From Octopus bimaculoides (taxonomy: Eukaryota), in NCBI RefSeq assembly GCF_001194135.2, contig NC_068997.1:38115875-38148779 (forward strand): a stretch of 32,905 nt of DNA. The letters run 5' to 3'. Positions 31,700 through 32,905 of this stretch are shown here, one piece after another. A program made the translations under genes and the position numbers. Below the pieces are notes generated by a model. It was given only the letters and a program-made list of their open reading frames with translations, was not told the DNA's origin and made no database searches. Each line of letters opens with the position of its first letter. Position 1 is the stretch's first letter.

Positions 31700-32905
31700 T
31701 TGTTTGTGAAATGTAACGTGTCTCGATTGCCACAACAATGCAGTGTAGACTATAATAACCATTATAAATAATTTAATTATTCATAGTCTAATATAATATT
31801 TCGGAATATAAAAATTCCTTCTTCAAATATTGCTAGGAATTAATAGACTCACTGTTATAATCGGTTTTCTAACGGTTACTGGAATTTGTCTGAAGCGTCT
31901 CTGCAGTAGTCTCACGAAACTCCTTCCGGAATTCCTCATGGCAACTGCGTGAGGGCGGTTATGTCTTAAGCTCGTGTACGTTGGCATATCCGCAGCGCTG
32001 CTACCAAGTTATGTATTAAACGTGAATTTTTTTCTTTACACGAGCATGTTATCATCGTGCGTGTAGGGTACCGACATAGTTAAATAATATAGTGATTGCT
32101 AATTTCCAGCCTGTTGTTAATTTGAAGACTAGTCTGTCCAAGAAGATAGCTTCCTTAATTCTTAAATTTCCGAAATTTCTATCATTGTGCTCAATTGTGA
32201 CTGTTATGTTTTTGTCGGTGTTCTGGCCTCTGTCTAGATGTTTTCTGAAGGAGGAAGCTCGCGTGTTTAGATGTTCTTTAATGCGAATGTGTAATAGCCT
32301 TGCAGTGCTGCCCACATAGAAATTGTTGCATTTGTTACATTGGATTCGATATACAACATTTGCTCGTTGGCATAAATCTGTGTCACAGATGGGGCAGTTA
32401 GCTAGTGTGCATTGATTGCAGTCCCTTGCTCGTTTCTTTGCGAGGTGTCTTCTCAGAGAGGGGCCGGAGTGGGTTAGTTGTATGTCTAACTCTTATCTTC
32501 TTATGGCTCTTCAGATGGCTGTAGTTTTCTTCTCGCTAAAATTGAGTATTTTAAGGAAGCCTGTGTAGCTGGGTTTTCTATCTGTTTGGCGTGTTTGTCG
32601 TCTCGGGTACTTAAGCCGATTTACAATGGATATAGGGTACCCGTTGGTTTTCAATACCTATAGGAAGCGTGTGGTGTGGGTCACCTTGTCCTCTGTCCAG
32701 CTGCACTTGTTTTGGATGCATATCAGTTCATTTCTGGCGTATCCTATTTTGGCACCGAATGGAAGGGCTGAATTGTAGTGAACAAACATATCTCTACTGG
32801 CTTTTTTCTTGTAGAACTCAGTGTGGATCTCTATTTCCGTTATTTTCAGTTGAAAGTCGAGCATCGATAAGGATCCAATGTTGTCGGGTATATTTGTGAA
32901 TGTAT
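31700..32905 (-). mobile_element. Penelope-like retroelement 3' half (RT thumb, Cys linker, GIY-YIG, 3' UTR), running off the window; possibly Naiad clade
   Basis: Single minus-strand frame from the window edge: NIPDNIGSLSMLDF...FYKKKASRDMFVHYNSALP...NELICIQNKCS...NGYP...CTLANCPICDTDLCQRANVVYRIQCNKCNNFYVGSTARLLHIRIKEH...NLRIKEAI. Stops at 32658, 32511 and 32493; frameshift near 32140. Confidence 0.92.
31790..31831 (-). ncRNA. Minimal type I hammerhead-like motif in the PLE 3' region
   Basis: Minus strand AATAT-TTGAAGA-A-GGAAT(TTTTAT)ATTCC-GAA-ATAT-T-ATATT; stem I 5 bp, stem II 5 bp, palindromic stem III. Confidence 0.65.

Noticed and set aside
32300-32660. Selenocysteine recoding, as reported for some Naiad PLEs
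   Set aside because: All conserved linker cysteines are TGC/TGT; the in-frame TGA at 32511-32513 sits in an Arg-rich non-Cys position and is accompanied by TAG and TAA stops.

Overview
Eukaryotic, AT-rich, microsatellite-dense draft-assembly DNA with N gaps at 557-566, 2743-2794, 8396-8405, 20084-20099 and 26745-27424. The repeat families resemble those I associate with Octopus genomes; this is inference from recall, not a database result. No complete protein-coding gene is supportable. Most ORFs in the track are microsatellite or low-complexity artefacts, or transposon remnants. The window is a mosaic of: three tRNA-derived SINE-like families, a non-coding (AAT)n-tailed retroposon, decayed R4/Dong-like and RTE LINEs, mariner derivatives, and three Penelope-like element (PLE) GIY-YIG remnants. 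There are also weak candidate exons of a minus-strand host gene. The most notable signal is five hammerhead-ribozyme-like motifs from four different repeat families. They include (i) a tRNA-headed, (AAT)n-spaced hammerhead unit arranged head-to-head and inserted as one block with a 9-bp TSD into a LINE RT frame, and (ii) a 34-bp rod hairpin whose loop holds a hammerhead core with a U3-A8 compensatory pair and whose arm sequesters the GUC cleavage site. All RNA folds and translations were done by hand and are unvalidated.
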